Of a stretch of DNA of 64,000 nt, positions 46,209 through 54,537 are shown piece after piece. Under the pieces are notes generated by a model. The model saw only the letters and a program-made list of their open reading frames with translations. It was not told the origin of the DNA and made no database searches. Made by a program: the position numbers and the translations under genes. The DNA comes from a bacterium HR19 (lineage in GTDB: Bacteria > Calescibacteriota > Calescibacteriia > Calescibacteriales > Calescibacteriaceae), in assembly GCA_002898315.1 (NCBI GenBank), contig BEHV01000002.1, positions 92,145 to 156,144 of the forward strand, given 5' to 3'. Position 1 is the stretch's first letter; every line of letters starts with the position of its first letter.

Positions 46209-47642
46209 ATGAAGGTCAGGAACACTTTGGGGGGGAAGGTGGAAATTTTTGAGCCGATAGATAGGGGAAAGGTAGGAATATATGTTTGCGGTCTTACTGT
46301 CTACGATAGAATGCATGTGGGACACCTCAGAACATTTGTATCATTTGACATAATAATAAGATACTTGAAGTTTAAGGGATATAAAGTTAGTTTTGTGAGA
46401 AATTTTACAGATATAGATGATAAGATAATAGATAGGGCGAGAAGAGAAGGTTTAAGCTCCCGCGAGCTCGCCGAAAAATACATAAACCTTTTCAAAAAAG
46501 ATATATCTCATTTTGACCTTGTTCAGCCGGATTTTGAACCAAGGGTATCAGAGCATATTGAAGATATAGTAGAACTTATCAAAAGAATACTTGAAAAAGG
46601 GCATGGGTATATCGTAGATGGAGATGTTTTTTTTGATATAGATAGTTTCCCGGGATATGGGAAGCTTTCGGGGATGACGAAGGAGAACATGCTTGCCGGA
46701 GCAAGGGTTGAGCCGTCTGAGAAGAAAAGAAATCCTCTTGATTTTGCGTTGTGGAAGTCAAAAAAGTATCCTGACGAGCCGTCATGGAAAGCTCCTTGGG
46801 GTGAGGGAAGACCCGGCTGGCATATAGAGTGTTCTGCTATGAGCATGAAGTATCTCGGAGAAACTTTTGATATTCACGGTGGAGGAATTGACCTCGTCTT
46901 TCCTCATCATGAAAACGAAATAGCTCAGTCGGAATCTGCTACGGGTAAAAAATTTGTCAATTACTGGCTCCATGTCGGTCATCTCACAATAGAAGGAGAG
47001 AAGATGTCAAAATCTCTTGGAAATATAATAAATATAGATAAGATACTTGAGGATTTCCATCCCGAGGTTGTGAAGTTCTCTTTTGCAAGGTCTCACTACA
47101 GGAGTCCATTAGAGTTCTCACGAGATATGCTCAAAAAAGATGAAAAGACGCTTGTGAATTTCTACTACACTCTGGAGATGGAGATGCAGAAAGCGAGGAT
47201 AAATATTGAATCGGGAGATATTGAGAGGATTCCAGCCGAGGGAGATTACCTGAAAAAATTTACAGATTTTATGGATGAGGATTTCAACACTTCTTCTGCT
47301 TTTTCTGTTGTTTTTTCGGCTTTTGATGAGGTGAGAAAGAGCGGGTCAAAGAACGATCTTTTGAAATTTATTGCGTTCCTCAAAGAGGTGTGGAGAGCAA
47401 CAGGGCTTTTCAGTTCAATTATTCCTATATCTGGCAAAAGCTTTATAGATGAGGAGGTGAAGAGAAGATGCAGAAAATCTGGATTTACCTATGAGGAGAT
47501 TTGCAAACTCATAGAAAAAAGGGAGGAGTTGAGGAGACAGAGGAAATTTCGGGAAGCAGATGAGATAAGAAAGAAAATTTTGGAAATAGGAGTTTATCTT
47601 CAAGATACTCCCGAGGGAACAAAAACAATTCCTTATGTTTGA
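46209..47642 (+). CDS. cysS: Cysteinyl-tRNA synthetase
   Basis: HVGH (HIGH) and KMSKS motifs, with zinc-site residues in a CysRS context. Confidence 0.95.
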   Translation: MKVRNTLGGKVEIFEPIDRGKVGIYVCGLTVYDRMHVGHLRTFVSFDIIIRYLKFKGYKVSFVRNFTDIDDKIIDRARREGLSSRELAEKYINLFKKDISHFDLVQPDFEPRVSEHIEDIVELIKRILEKGHGYIVDGDVFFDIDSFPGYGKLSGMTKENMLAGARVEPSEKKRNPLDFALWKSKKYPDEPSWKAPWGEGRPGWHIECSAMSMKYLGETFDIHGGGIDLVFPHHENEIAQSESATGKKFVNYWLHVGHLTIEGEKMSKSLGNIINIDKILEDFHPEVVKFSFARSHYRSPLEFSRDMLKKDEKTLVNFYYTLEMEMQKARINIESGDIERIPAEGDYLKKFTDFMDEDFNTSSAFSVVFSAFDEVRKSGSKNDLLKFIAFLKEVWRATGLFSSIIPISGKSFIDEEVKRRCRKSGFTYEEICKLIEKREELRRQRKFREADEIRKKILEIGVYLQDTPEGTKTIPYV

Positions 47643-47680
47643 TATATATTTTTTGTTTGATTTTGGTTAAGATTTTATAT

Positions 47681-48652
47681 ATGGTAAAAGTTGCAGTAGC
47701 GGGGTTAGGGTATTGGGGACCGAACCTTCTGAGGAATTTTTATAATCATGAGCTCTGTGAGGTTGTAGGTATATGTGATATAGATAGTCAGAAAGTAAAG
47801 AAATTTTTGGGCATTTACCAGCGTGTCAGAAATGGATTTACCGATTTTTCAGAAATTCTTAAACTTTCCGCAGACCTTGTAGTTATAGCTACTCCTCCTG
47901 AGACGCATTACGAGCTATCTAAAAAAGCTCTTCTTGCTGGCAAACATGTTCTTGTTGCGAAGCCGTTTACCACATCTTCTTCTGAAGCAGAGGAACTCAT
48001 AGATATTGCCGAGAGAAAGGGATTGAAAATCTTTGTTGATCACACATTTGCGTTTAATCCGTGTGTGAGAAAGATAAAGCATTTGATAGAAAGTGGGGAA
48101 CTTGGAAATATCTTATACTTTGATTGCGAAAGAGTAAGAGGGGTATATAATGTTGATGTTATATGGGACTTAGCTGTTCATGATTTTTCAATAATTTCCT
48201 TTTTAGGGTATGAAATAGAGGTTCAGGAGGTTATATCTACGAGGTTTTTTGGTAAGTATAAAAATGATATTGCGCACATAACTTTTACAGCCAATGGGAA
48301 TGTGATAGGGCACATATATGTAAACTGGTTCTCTCCAGTAAAGATAAGAAAGATGATAATAGGGGGCGATAAGAAGGTTCTGTGGTGGGATGATGTTCAT
48401 CCGTTTGAGAAAATAAAGGTATATGATGCTGATAGAAGTCCCCAACCTGATGAGAATCCTTTTTTCCCTTCATATATTTCGGGAGATATAAGAATAGTCA
48501 GAGTAGATAATAAGGAAAGTTTGGCAATAGAAGTTGATGAGATTATAAAAACTATTCTAAATGGTGGAGAACCTCTTGTGGGTGGTAAAGAAGGACTTAA
48601 AATAGTGAGAATTCTTGAAAAATGTGATAGATTAGCATCATCAAAGAGGTGA
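47681..48652 (+). CDS. Gfo/Idh/MocA-family sugar-nucleotide dehydrogenase (WbpB-like)
   Basis: VAVAGLGYWGPN Rossmann motif and the EKP-like VAKPF. The ORF opens at 47639, overlapping the cysS stop. Confidence 0.8.
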   Translation: MVKVAVAGLGYWGPNLLRNFYNHELCEVVGICDIDSQKVKKFLGIYQRVRNGFTDFSEILKLSADLVVIATPPETHYELSKKALLAGKHVLVAKPFTTSSSEAEELIDIAERKGLKIFVDHTFAFNPCVRKIKHLIESGELGNILYFDCERVRGVYNVDVIWDLAVHDFSIISFLGYEIEVQEVISTRFFGKYKNDIAHITFTANGNVIGHIYVNWFSPVKIRKMIIGGDKKVLWWDDVHPFEKIKVYDADRSPQPDENPFFPSYISGDIRIVRVDNKESLAIEVDEIIKTILNGGEPLVGGKEGLKIVRILEKCDRLASSKR

Positions 48653-48698
48653 ATGACTATAATTTGATTTCAGTTTTTGAAAATTTTTGGGTTTTGAT

Positions 48699-49415
48699 AT
48701 GAAGAAGCTCGCCATAATACCTGTGTTCAACGAGGAAGGCAAGATATCAAAAGTTCTTGAGAAATTTCATCAAGGTCTTGTAGATGAAATTTTAGTTGTC
48801 AATGATGGTTCTACTGACAGATCTCATGAAGAAATAGAGAGGTTTAAAGATAAAATTAATCTTACTCTTCTTCATAATGATAAGAGAAGGGGTGTGGGCT
48901 TTTCAATAAGAAGAGGAATAGATTATGGATTGGGGAAAAATTATGATATAGCGGTTATACTCGCAGGAAACGGGAAAGACGACCCGCGAGAAATTCCTAT
49001 TCTTACCAAACCAATAGAGAATGAAGGTTATGACTATGTTCAGGGCTCAAGATTTCTTGAAGGTGGTAGATGGGATAACCTCCCATTATCTCGCTATATA
49101 GGAATAAAGCTTTATTCTTTTTTTTGGAGCAAATTTTTAGGGATTCGCATTACAGATGTATCAAATGGTTTCAGAGCGTACAGATTATCTATTTTCAGAG
49201 ATAAGAGAATTAATATCTGGCAATCGTGGCTTGATACTTATGAACTTGAATTTTATATACATTATAAAGTGATTACGCTTGGTTATAAATTCAAAGAAGT
49301 TCCTGTATCTAAAATATATCCGATTTCGGGAAGCTACACGAAAATAAGACCTTTTGTAGATTGGTGGAGATTGATAAAACCTTTTATATATCTGCATTTT
49401 TTGAAGAGAGATTAG
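48699..49415 (+). CDS. GT2 glycosyltransferase (polyprenyl-phosphate sugar synthase-like)
   Basis: AIIPVFNEE and VNDGSTD motifs; size and ArnC/DPM1-like layout. Confidence 0.8.
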   Translation: MKKLAIIPVFNEEGKISKVLEKFHQGLVDEILVVNDGSTDRSHEEIERFKDKINLTLLHNDKRRGVGFSIRRGIDYGLGKNYDIAVILAGNGKDDPREIPILTKPIENEGYDYVQGSRFLEGGRWDNLPLSRYIGIKLYSFFWSKFLGIRITDVSNGFRAYRLSIFRDKRINIWQSWLDTYELEFYIHYKVITLGYKFKEVPVSKIYPISGSYTKIRPFVDWWRLIKPFIYLHFLKRD

Positions 49416-49422
49416 ATTTTTT

Positions 49423-50037
49423 ATGGAAGGATATAAAAATTTTTTCGTTCATTCTCTTGCTCTTGTTGAAAGCGAGGATATAGGGGAAGGAACAAAGATA
49501 TGGGCTTTCTCTCATGTTGCGAAAGGAGCAAAAATAGGCAAGTATTGTAATATAGGAGAACACTGCTATATAGAATCGGGAGTAATTATAGGAGATTACT
49601 GCACCGTAAAGAACGGAATATGCCTTTGGGATGGAATAGTTCTTGAAGATTATGTTTTTTTAGGACCTTGCGCTGTTTTCACAAATGATAAGTATCCGAG
49701 AAGCAGGAACAAGAATTGGGAACTCAGGAAAACTATTATAAGAAGGTATGCTTCTGTTGGGGCTGGAGCTGTGATATTATGTGGTATAGATATAGGTAGA
49801 TACGCCGTTATAGGAGCTGGCTCGGTTGTCACAAAATCTGTCCCTGATTTTGCTGTTGTTTTCGGGAATCCCGCAAAAATTAGAGGTTTTGCCTGTGCAT
49901 GTGGTAGGGTAATACTTAAAATTTCCAGAAAAAGCAGAGCAATAGCGAGAAGAGTAATCACCTGTGAGTTCTGTTCAAGAGTTTACTCTTTTGATTCTGG
50001 AAAATTTTCATGGATTGGCGGTCCTCCTCTTCCCTAA
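49423..50037 (+). CDS. Left-handed beta-helix N-acetyltransferase (WbpD/WlbB-like)
   Basis: Hexapeptide repeats (IGEGTKIWAFSHV..IGKYCNIGEHCYI..), GNPAKIRGFACACG, and a cysteine-rich tail as in WlbB-type enzymes. Confidence 0.8.
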   Translation: MEGYKNFFVHSLALVESEDIGEGTKIWAFSHVAKGAKIGKYCNIGEHCYIESGVIIGDYCTVKNGICLWDGIVLEDYVFLGPCAVFTNDKYPRSRNKNWELRKTIIRRYASVGAGAVILCGIDIGRYAVIGAGSVVTKSVPDFAVVFGNPAKIRGFACACGRVILKISRKSRAIARRVITCEFCSRVYSFDSGKFSWIGGPPLP

Positions 50038-51453
50038 AAAATCTTTTATGTTCTTCATGCCAAAAGCAGTTAAAATGAACGCTACTGGTTCAACAGTGTA
50101 GAATCTTCTTGGTTGAGCTGATTCAAATGTGGTCAGAATAAAAGTTCCATAAAGAAAAGCAAAAGCAAGAAGGTAAATTTCTCTTTTTATTTTAAAGACA
50201 GAAGGTATAAATAGAGAAAGCGATGTGAGGCGAATAAACCATGCTAATGCGTAAAAAATCCACCATCCGAAAGTCAATAATCTTAATCTCTTTTCTTTTA
50301 TTTCCTTGTAGACCTCTTTTAGCTTTCCCTCAAATATTTTGGGAATGATGTAGCGAGTGATTTCTTTTTCTGATGGTTTTATGTTTCCTTTTATCATATA
50401 GTAGAGCATGGCTATTCCGAAGGGAGGCAATGAGCGTATGAAGCCAGCAAGGTGAAGCTCAAAAGGATATTTCCAGAATTTTTTGAGAACATCTTCCCTA
50501 CATACTGATGCTATCTGTGTTTCCATAGTCAGAGAGAAATTAAAATTCTTTACTTCTTCTTCACTTACGAATTTTACTCCCCAACCGAACTTTTCCGATG
50601 CTCTGTTTAGAACTTCAATATCATATCCGATATATGCTTGTGGTAGTAGAGTTACCCATTCGCCTTTGTACATTTTTTTTCTTATCTCGCATAAAAAAAC
50701 TGCTCCTCCGGGACGGAAAATTACTATTTTCCATATAAGGTAATTTCTGATCATCCATGGAGAGATTGTCAGAAGGAAAAACACCCCTGATATAAAAAAT
50801 TTCTTCCAGCTTTTTGAAATTATAAGTATTATAACTGGCAAAATCCATGGGAAAAAGTACCATAGCGGATGTGTAAGTGATAAGATTCCTGCTGTTATTC
50901 CTGAAAGGGCTGATAAGTTGCGAAAGATAAAAAAAATGAGAAGCAGGAGAAAGAAACTCTGGAGCGGTTCTGTCATGAATGTTTGAGAGAAAACTATTGC
51001 AGATGGAGAAACCGCATATAAAATAGAAGGAACATAAAGATATGTGCCAGTGAGTCCGATTTGCCTTGATATAGCATAAATAAGAAATACTTTCAGTGAA
51101 TCTATTATGTTTAGAGAGAAAATGACGAATTCCCTTTTCTCTCCGAATATGAGATAATGGAGAGCGATAAACAGAGGAAAAATCGGCGGACGATATATCT
51201 CTGGTTCTTTTGAGGGGATACACTTTTCGGGAAAATCTTCGGGCAGAGGTCTTGGACAATCGTTTATATATTTCCCTTTCTCTACAAGGTTTATGGCTGG
51301 AAATTCGTATGTATATGCATCTATTGTGTAAAAAGCTCTTTTAGGGTCGCCCCATATGAACGAGAAAAAAAACAAAAACCTTATAAATATCGCCACTGAG
51401 AAAATGAAGAGAACCTTTAAATCTACTCTTTTCCAATTGCCAACGCTAAACAT
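50008..51453 (-). CDS. GT-C fold membrane glycosyltransferase (ArnT/PMT-like)
   Basis: 481 aa with about 11-12 TM segments and an extracytoplasmic loop after TM1 rich in D/E/P (PLPEDFPEKCIPSKEPEIYRPPIFP). The call rests on topology and context. Confidence 0.55.
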   Translation of the reverse strand: MFSVGNWKRVDLKVLFIFSVAIFIRFLFFFSFIWGDPKRAFYTIDAYTYEFPAINLVEKGKYINDCPRPLPEDFPEKCIPSKEPEIYRPPIFPLFIALHYLIFGEKREFVIFSLNIIDSLKVFLIYAISRQIGLTGTYLYVPSILYAVSPSAIVFSQTFMTEPLQSFFLLLLIFFIFRNLSALSGITAGILSLTHPLWYFFPWILPVIILIISKSWKKFFISGVFFLLTISPWMIRNYLIWKIVIFRPGGAVFLCEIRKKMYKGEWVTLLPQAYIGYDIEVLNRASEKFGWGVKFVSEEEVKNFNFSLTMETQIASVCREDVLKKFWKYPFELHLAGFIRSLPPFGIAMLYYMIKGNIKPSEKEITRYIIPKIFEGKLKEVYKEIKEKRLRLLTFGWWIFYALAWFIRLTSLSLFIPSVFKIKREIYLLAFAFLYGTFILTTFESAQPRRFYTVEPVAFILTAFGMKNIKDFLGKRRTANP

Positions 51454-51535
51454 TGAAACAAAAAAGATTAACTATAATATAAAAATTTTTCAAAGAAAAG
51501 ATTTAAAATAAATAACAAAGTAATCAAGCCAGATT

Positions 51536-52384
51536 ATGAAAGGTATGGAAAAAAGATTAGGGAAAGGATTAGCATCTCTTATAACTTCTACAAGGAAAGA
51601 CGAGGTTGTTATGATAGATATAAATAGAATCCAGCGAAGTGTTTTTCAGCCGAGAAGATACTTTGATGAAGAAAGTTTGAAGGAGCTTGCAGAAAGTATA
51701 AAATCAAAAGGTCTTATAGAGCCGGTAATTGTGAGATTAGGAAAAGATGGGAATTACGAACTTATATGTGGTGAGAGGAGATTGAGGGCTTGCAAAATTG
51801 CAGGAATAAATAAACTGCCAGCTATAATCAAAGATATCTCAGATGAAGAGGCGTTTGAAATAGCGCTTATAGAAAATATTCAGAGAGAAGACCTTACCCC
51901 TCTTGAACTTGCGATGGCTTTTGAAAAACTCTCTAAAATGGGATATACACACGATAAAATAGCAAAAAAAATAGGCAAATCTCGCTCCTATGTCACCAAT
52001 ACGATGAGAATTCTCAATCTTCCAGATGAAGTAAAAAATCTTATTGAAAGCGGAAAAATTTCTCTGGGTCATGCAAAAGTTCTCTGCTCAATAAAAGATG
52101 AAAATAAAATAAGAGAACTCGCAAAAGATATAGTTGAAAAAAAACTGAATGTAAGGCAGGTTGAAGAAGAATTCAGAAAATTCAGGAACTCTGTCAGAGC
52201 AAGAAACAGAGATGACTTGGTTGATGATGCTGTTTTATCTTCAATAAAGAAAAGAGCAGAAGAATTTTTCCCTTTTGCCGATGTCAAAGTCAAAAGCGGG
52301 AAAGATTTTTTTGAACTTTCCATAAAAATCAAAAAAGAAAATTTAGAAAAGCTCATTTCAGCTCTCTCAAACACAAAAAAATAA
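51536..52384 (+). CDS. parB: Chromosome partitioning protein ParB/Spo0J
   Basis: GKGLASLI, ICGERRLRA (CTP-binding box), ENIQREDLTPLE, and an HTH. Confidence 0.9.
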   Translation: MKGMEKRLGKGLASLITSTRKDEVVMIDINRIQRSVFQPRRYFDEESLKELAESIKSKGLIEPVIVRLGKDGNYELICGERRLRACKIAGINKLPAIIKDISDEEAFEIALIENIQREDLTPLELAMAFEKLSKMGYTHDKIAKKIGKSRSYVTNTMRILNLPDEVKNLIESGKISLGHAKVLCSIKDENKIRELAKDIVEKKLNVRQVEEEFRKFRNSVRARNRDDLVDDAVLSSIKKRAEEFFPFADVKVKSGKDFFELSIKIKKENLEKLISALSNTKK

Positions 52385-52415
52385 AAAATGTGTTATACAT
52401 CACTTTTCTATCTCT

Positions 52416-53306
52416 TTGAAAATGCTAATTTTTATGACTATGGCTATGATTATAAAAAGGAAAAAGGTGGTTAGTTTGTTTGCGGTACTTACTTTTGCCG
52501 TTTTTTCTTCTTTTTTGTTTATTGTTGGGTATAGCGATGAAACAAAGCTAAATCTCAATCGTCCTCCGAAATCTCTTGATAAATTCTATCCGCCGGTCTC
52601 AAAAGATAAAAAATTCCTTCAGGCAATGCATAGTATGTCTTTATCTTTCAAAGCTACTTTTCTCTATCTGCAAAGGGGAGATAAAAGTAAAGCAAAGAAA
52701 TGGGCAGAAAACCTTGTTAAAAACTACCTTTCTATACCAGATATGGTTCCCGAGTGGAGAAATTATATCAAGAGAGAATTGGCAGAGAGCTTTTTAAAAG
52801 CTGTTGAAAGCGGAGATATGAATACAATCAAAAAATCCGCAGACGATCTTGGAAAAACCTGTGGTTCATGCCACCAAGATAATCAGCTTTCTGTAAAAAT
52901 ATTTTATTACACACCAAATTGGGATGATATAGAAGTTGAAGACCCTGTCACACTCAAAAAAGTTGGGGTTCATAAATTCATGAAGGATATGAATGATAGC
53001 TTGCAGTTTGCCATCATAGGTTTTCAAGATGGTGATTTTTCTTTTGCGGGAAAGAATGCGAAAGATTTTGTTGCAAGGGCAAGAGCTCTGAAAGAAATAT
53101 GTTCTTCTTGCCATACCTCGCAGGAATCAATAGAAGCTATTGCTGGTAAAGCTTTCATCACCTCTCTTGATTCTTTTGCTAAATCTGTAAATGAGAAAAA
53201 ATCTGATGAGTTCTTCAAAAGTTTAGATAAAGTAGGTTATTATTGCTCCGCATGCCACACAACTCATCTTTTCCTCTGGGAAATAAAAGAATCCCTTGAA
53301 GAATAG
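52416..53306 (+). CDS. Membrane-anchored trihaem c-type cytochrome (helical, class II-like modules)
   Basis: N-terminal TM anchor and three CxxCH motifs (CGSCH, CSSCH, CSACH), each at the end of a predicted helical segment. TTG start; ATG alternatives lie 2-10 codons downstream. Confidence 0.7.
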   Translation: MKMLIFMTMAMIIKRKKVVSLFAVLTFAVFSSFLFIVGYSDETKLNLNRPPKSLDKFYPPVSKDKKFLQAMHSMSLSFKATFLYLQRGDKSKAKKWAENLVKNYLSIPDMVPEWRNYIKRELAESFLKAVESGDMNTIKKSADDLGKTCGSCHQDNQLSVKIFYYTPNWDDIEVEDPVTLKKVGVHKFMKDMNDSLQFAIIGFQDGDFSFAGKNAKDFVARARALKEICSSCHTSQESIEAIAGKAFITSLDSFAKSVNEKKSDEFFKSLDKVGYYCSACHTTHLFLWEIKESLEE

Positions 53307-53333
53307 AATATAACGAACCGAAAAAAAAGATTT

Positions 53334-54314
53334 ATGACGGCAAAATTAAGGTATTTAGACAGAAAAGCTTTATTTTACTTTATCTTTGGCTTTATTCTCA
53401 TTTTTTCATTGGGTTGTAAGGACTTGAAAAGCAAATTTTCAAATATATTTTTAGAAAGAGACCTTTTGGAGCAACCTTCTGCACAAAGATGTGGGGAATG
53501 TCATAAAGATATTCATAAGGAATGGAAAAAATCCCGTCATGCGCAAGCGTGGGTGAGTGAGGACTTTATAAAAGAATCAAAAAACCGAACAGATGAAAAG
53601 TGTCTTGCCTGCCATGCTTCTTTTCCTGTATGGGCGGAAGAAAGTTTGTTCGTTGAAGAGCCAGATCTCAGAGAAAAACATCTTGATGATGGAATCTACT
53701 GTGTCTCCTGTCATTTTGCCCCTCACAGAAGAGCTATGATTGGTCCATACGATCTATGGTCTCCCCCTCACCCTTCTCAAAAAGACGATAAAATTCTTTC
53801 TTCCCACCTGTGTTCTGTCTGTCATCAGGATACATTTTCTGAATGGGAAAGTTCAGGGGTGGAAACCACATGCCAGAGCTGTCATATGCCAGATATAGGA
53901 AAAAAATATCTTACTCAGAAGTTCCCGCTCGGCTTACTTCACTCAAAGAAAAAAAGAACATCTCATGAATTTCCAGCGCTCATAGCTCAACAGAAAGATA
54001 TAGATGTAAAAGTTCAAAAAGATATAGGTGGGTTTTATGTTTATATAGTCAACAAGGGAGTTCCACATAATTTACCTACCGCAGATCAGGGAAATCCGAA
54101 GCTTTACATTTTTATATACAAAGATAATTCCTCTGAGCCAGCAGAGGTTTTAATTTTCTCTCCTCAACAGGAAAATTCTCTTGAATATATGCTTCCTGTG
54201 AGCAGATATATTGAAGGAGTTCCAAGGAGTGTGAAAGTTGTTATTGAAAGAAAGCTGAGCTGGAAAGATGAAAGAGATAAAATAGGTGAGTGGAATTTTC
54301 AGGTATTGCCTTGA
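53334..54314 (+). CDS. Pentahaem c-type cytochrome lipoprotein
   Basis: Lipobox IFSLGC and five CxxCH motifs (CGECH, CLACH, CVSCH, CSVCH, CQSCH). The first lies in the CxxCHxxxxxxWxxSxH context common in multihaem families. Confidence 0.8.
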   Translation: MTAKLRYLDRKALFYFIFGFILIFSLGCKDLKSKFSNIFLERDLLEQPSAQRCGECHKDIHKEWKKSRHAQAWVSEDFIKESKNRTDEKCLACHASFPVWAEESLFVEEPDLREKHLDDGIYCVSCHFAPHRRAMIGPYDLWSPPHPSQKDDKILSSHLCSVCHQDTFSEWESSGVETTCQSCHMPDIGKKYLTQKFPLGLLHSKKKRTSHEFPALIAQQKDIDVKVQKDIGGFYVYIVNKGVPHNLPTADQGNPKLYIFIYKDNSSEPAEVLIFSPQQENSLEYMLPVSRYIEGVPRSVKVVIERKLSWKDERDKIGEWNFQVLP

Positions 54315-54452
54315 AGATAAAATAAATCAGAGAGCTTTACCTTGTTGTTTGAGGAGTGAGCTGGAGGAGTTTGATTTCAAATTAATTTGGTTTTTGAAAA
54401 TTGCGAAAACGATATAATTAATTTTTTAAATTCTTGAACTTTTTAACTCTTT

Positions 54453-54528
54453 GCCCCCGTAGCTCAATAGGAAGAGCAGGGGACTTCTAATCCCCAGGTT
54501 GCGGGTTCGAGTCCCGCCGGGGGTACCA
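54453..54528 (+). tRNA. tRNA-Arg (anticodon UCU), CCA encoded
   Basis: Acceptor GCCCCCG/CGGGGGT, anticodon stem GGGGA/TCCCC with loop CT-TCT-AA, T-loop TTCGAGT, A73, CCA. Confidence 0.9.
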
Positions 54529-54537
54529 TAATTTGAA

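Noticed and set aside
50621-51259. A 212-aa ORF in an alternative frame on the same strand, inside the GT-C membrane glycosyltransferase gene.
   Set aside because: It is long for an AT-rich genome, but the translation is S/R/F-rich with no recognisable motif, SD or TM logic. The host gene is T-rich (membrane protein codons), which depletes off-frame stops. I treat it as a chance ORF, and only Ribo-seq could revive it.
51454-52384. A parS site (TGTTNCACGTGAAACA) near or inside parB.
   Set aside because: I found no CACGTG-centred palindrome by eye in the upstream spacer or in parB. ATTGAAACA at about 51455 matches only one half-site. A computational scan of the whole window is needed.
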